64,000 nt of DNA from Lama guanicoe. Its lineage: Eukaryota. The position numbers and the translations under genes are program-made. Shown piece after piece: positions 62,430 through 64,000 of this stretch (its first letter is position 1; the number at the start of each line of letters is the position of its first letter). Location: the NCBI GenBank assembly GCA_013239625.1, contig MU053652.1:8754077-8818076 (forward strand), read 5' to 3'. The notes beneath the pieces are model-generated. The model made no database searches and was not told the DNA's origin. It worked only from the letters and a program-made list of their open reading frames with translations.

Positions 62430-63420
62430 AATTGACTTATATTGAGCATACTTGAACCAAAACCTTGGTGTCATCTTTGACCCTTCTTTTTTCATTACCC
62501 CTACAACAATCAGAAAATGCTGTTTTATCTGCAGCCAGAACGGTATCCCGCTTACATTCAATTCTCTCCATCTTTTCCTGCTACTTTTCTAGTTGAAATC
62601 GCTGTTACCTTCACATGAACTTTTACAATAGAATCCCAGCTGTTCTCTCTGCTTCTACTTTCTGCCATTCTCCTTACAATCCTTTCTTCATATTGCCAGA
62701 ATAATCTGTTGGAAGCATAACTCAGATCTTGCCAATTTTCTGCTTAAAACCTTCCATGGCTTCCCATGACACTCAGAATAACCTCTGACCATAACCTAGA
62801 GAAGGTCCTGCACAGTGCACGTATTCTAGCCTCTGGCTTCCTCTTTGATGAGTCCCTGCCTGTCACTGAGCAGCGCCTTCACTTGTAATGCTCTGCTCCC
62901 AGAGTAACCACAGTGCCAAGAACTGGAGTTTAGCACCTCCAGGTCACCAGCTCCCTCTCTCCAAAGGTATCTCCAATAGATACATAATAATGTGAGTTTA
63001 TTGTAAAGTGTGATTTCTATGCAAATATGCCTTTGAATTAAGTGTCCCCCTACCTTTCTCCACTCAGTTGTTGCTTGGTTACCCCTAAATGCTTCTGGAG
63101 AAATTCTGAACATTCTACTGCTTATGTTTTCCCTGTGACGGGCTGATTCTACCGACCCGTTTAGGTCAAATGAGCCTTTTCTGCCCACCCCATCTAAAGC
63201 GCCTCTCCGTCCACTCCCTGTCACATTACCCAGTCTTGTATTTTTCGGAGCATTTAACTCTAATCAAAGTTACCATTTTTATTTATATATTTGTTTTTTA
63301 ATTGTCTCTTTACCACTTCTAGAATATAATGCTCATGAAAATAAAGACCTTGTCTTTCTTATAATTCACTGTGAGTATAAACTGCCTGAATACATGTTAA
63401 ATAAGTGAATATATGTGAAT
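62430..63420 (+). mobile_element. LINE-2 3' ~1 kb
   Basis: ccaaaaccttggtgtcatctttgac...ctgcttaaaaccttccatggcttccca...tagaatataatgctcatga...aataagtgaat. Confidence 0.85.
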
Positions 63421-64000
63421 CACTCCGATCATTTTTTTAAAAGGCTGCCTTTCCTCTTTGTAATTTGTACACTGATTGCTGAATCTTTTTTATGCCATTT
63501 GGTCAAGACAGTAAATACATATTCCCTTGGAATTCATCATGATCTTGAATATATAGTCATTTCCTTGATTAAATTAAGCTCTGGGTTTTTTGTTTTTTTG
63601 GGTTTTTTTTTTTTTTTAATAACTCTCGCAGCACCTTTGGCCTCTGCCAAGAATATTTCCAGCTAGGGATTTTTAAGCCGTAATCTTTACTGAAATTAGA
63701 CGGTGGCAGTTGCTAAGCTGCCAGCTGTTAACGTGATCCTTGCAGTAGGAATACAACATACAAATGTGAATGCTGTGGTCTCTAAAAACTCATCATTAGC
63801 ACGCACACGTGTGGACACAGACAGGTGTTGAACAGGTTGGCAATTGAAAAGAAAAGGGGAGGTTTCCCAGACCAGATGCAGATGCCTCGTGGGACCTCAG
63901 CAACGTAAGGTGCCTTGTCAAAGGTGTTGAGGCCAAAACCTGATTTAACGCTGTCCTCAGATGAAAGTCTGTTTATATCCCCCAATTCTCAGCTAATCCA

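Noticed and set aside
1..64000. CRISPR array, operon, nested intronless gene (e.g. RNF133/RNF148), NUMT or retrogene
   Set aside because: No repeat-spacer array and no long non-repeat ORF. No RING/PA-domain or mitochondrial-like sequence was recognised. The nested RNF genes lie, as I recall, in an earlier CADPS2 intron outside this window.

Overview
Mammalian genomic DNA, very likely camelid (alpaca/camel), because it carries at least seven copies of a tRNA-Ala-derived SINE matching the camelid vic-1 family. The window lies inside CADPS2 (CAPS2), transcribed on the + strand. Only two coding exons can be supported. The first is 16628-16767 (140 nt, [17 protein letters not shown]...[10 protein letters not shown], end of the C2 region and linker). 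The second is 57525-57591 (67 nt, [22 protein letters not shown], start of the PH domain). A ~40.8 kb phase-2 intron separates them. The rest is intronic: L1, L2, CR1/L3, MIR, MaLR/ERVL/ERV1 LTRs and hAT/Tigger fossils, between repeat-poor blocks that look like regulatory DNA. None of the listed ORFs is a real gene. I see no new multi-gene system. The best leads are a candidate in-frame 39-nt neural-type microexon (30631-30669), a SINE dimer inserted under one target-site duplication (TSD), a twin-primed L1, homeodomain-motif-rich enhancer candidates and local CpG excess inside ancient repeats. Repeat families were recognised by eye, so subfamily names and boundaries are approximate.
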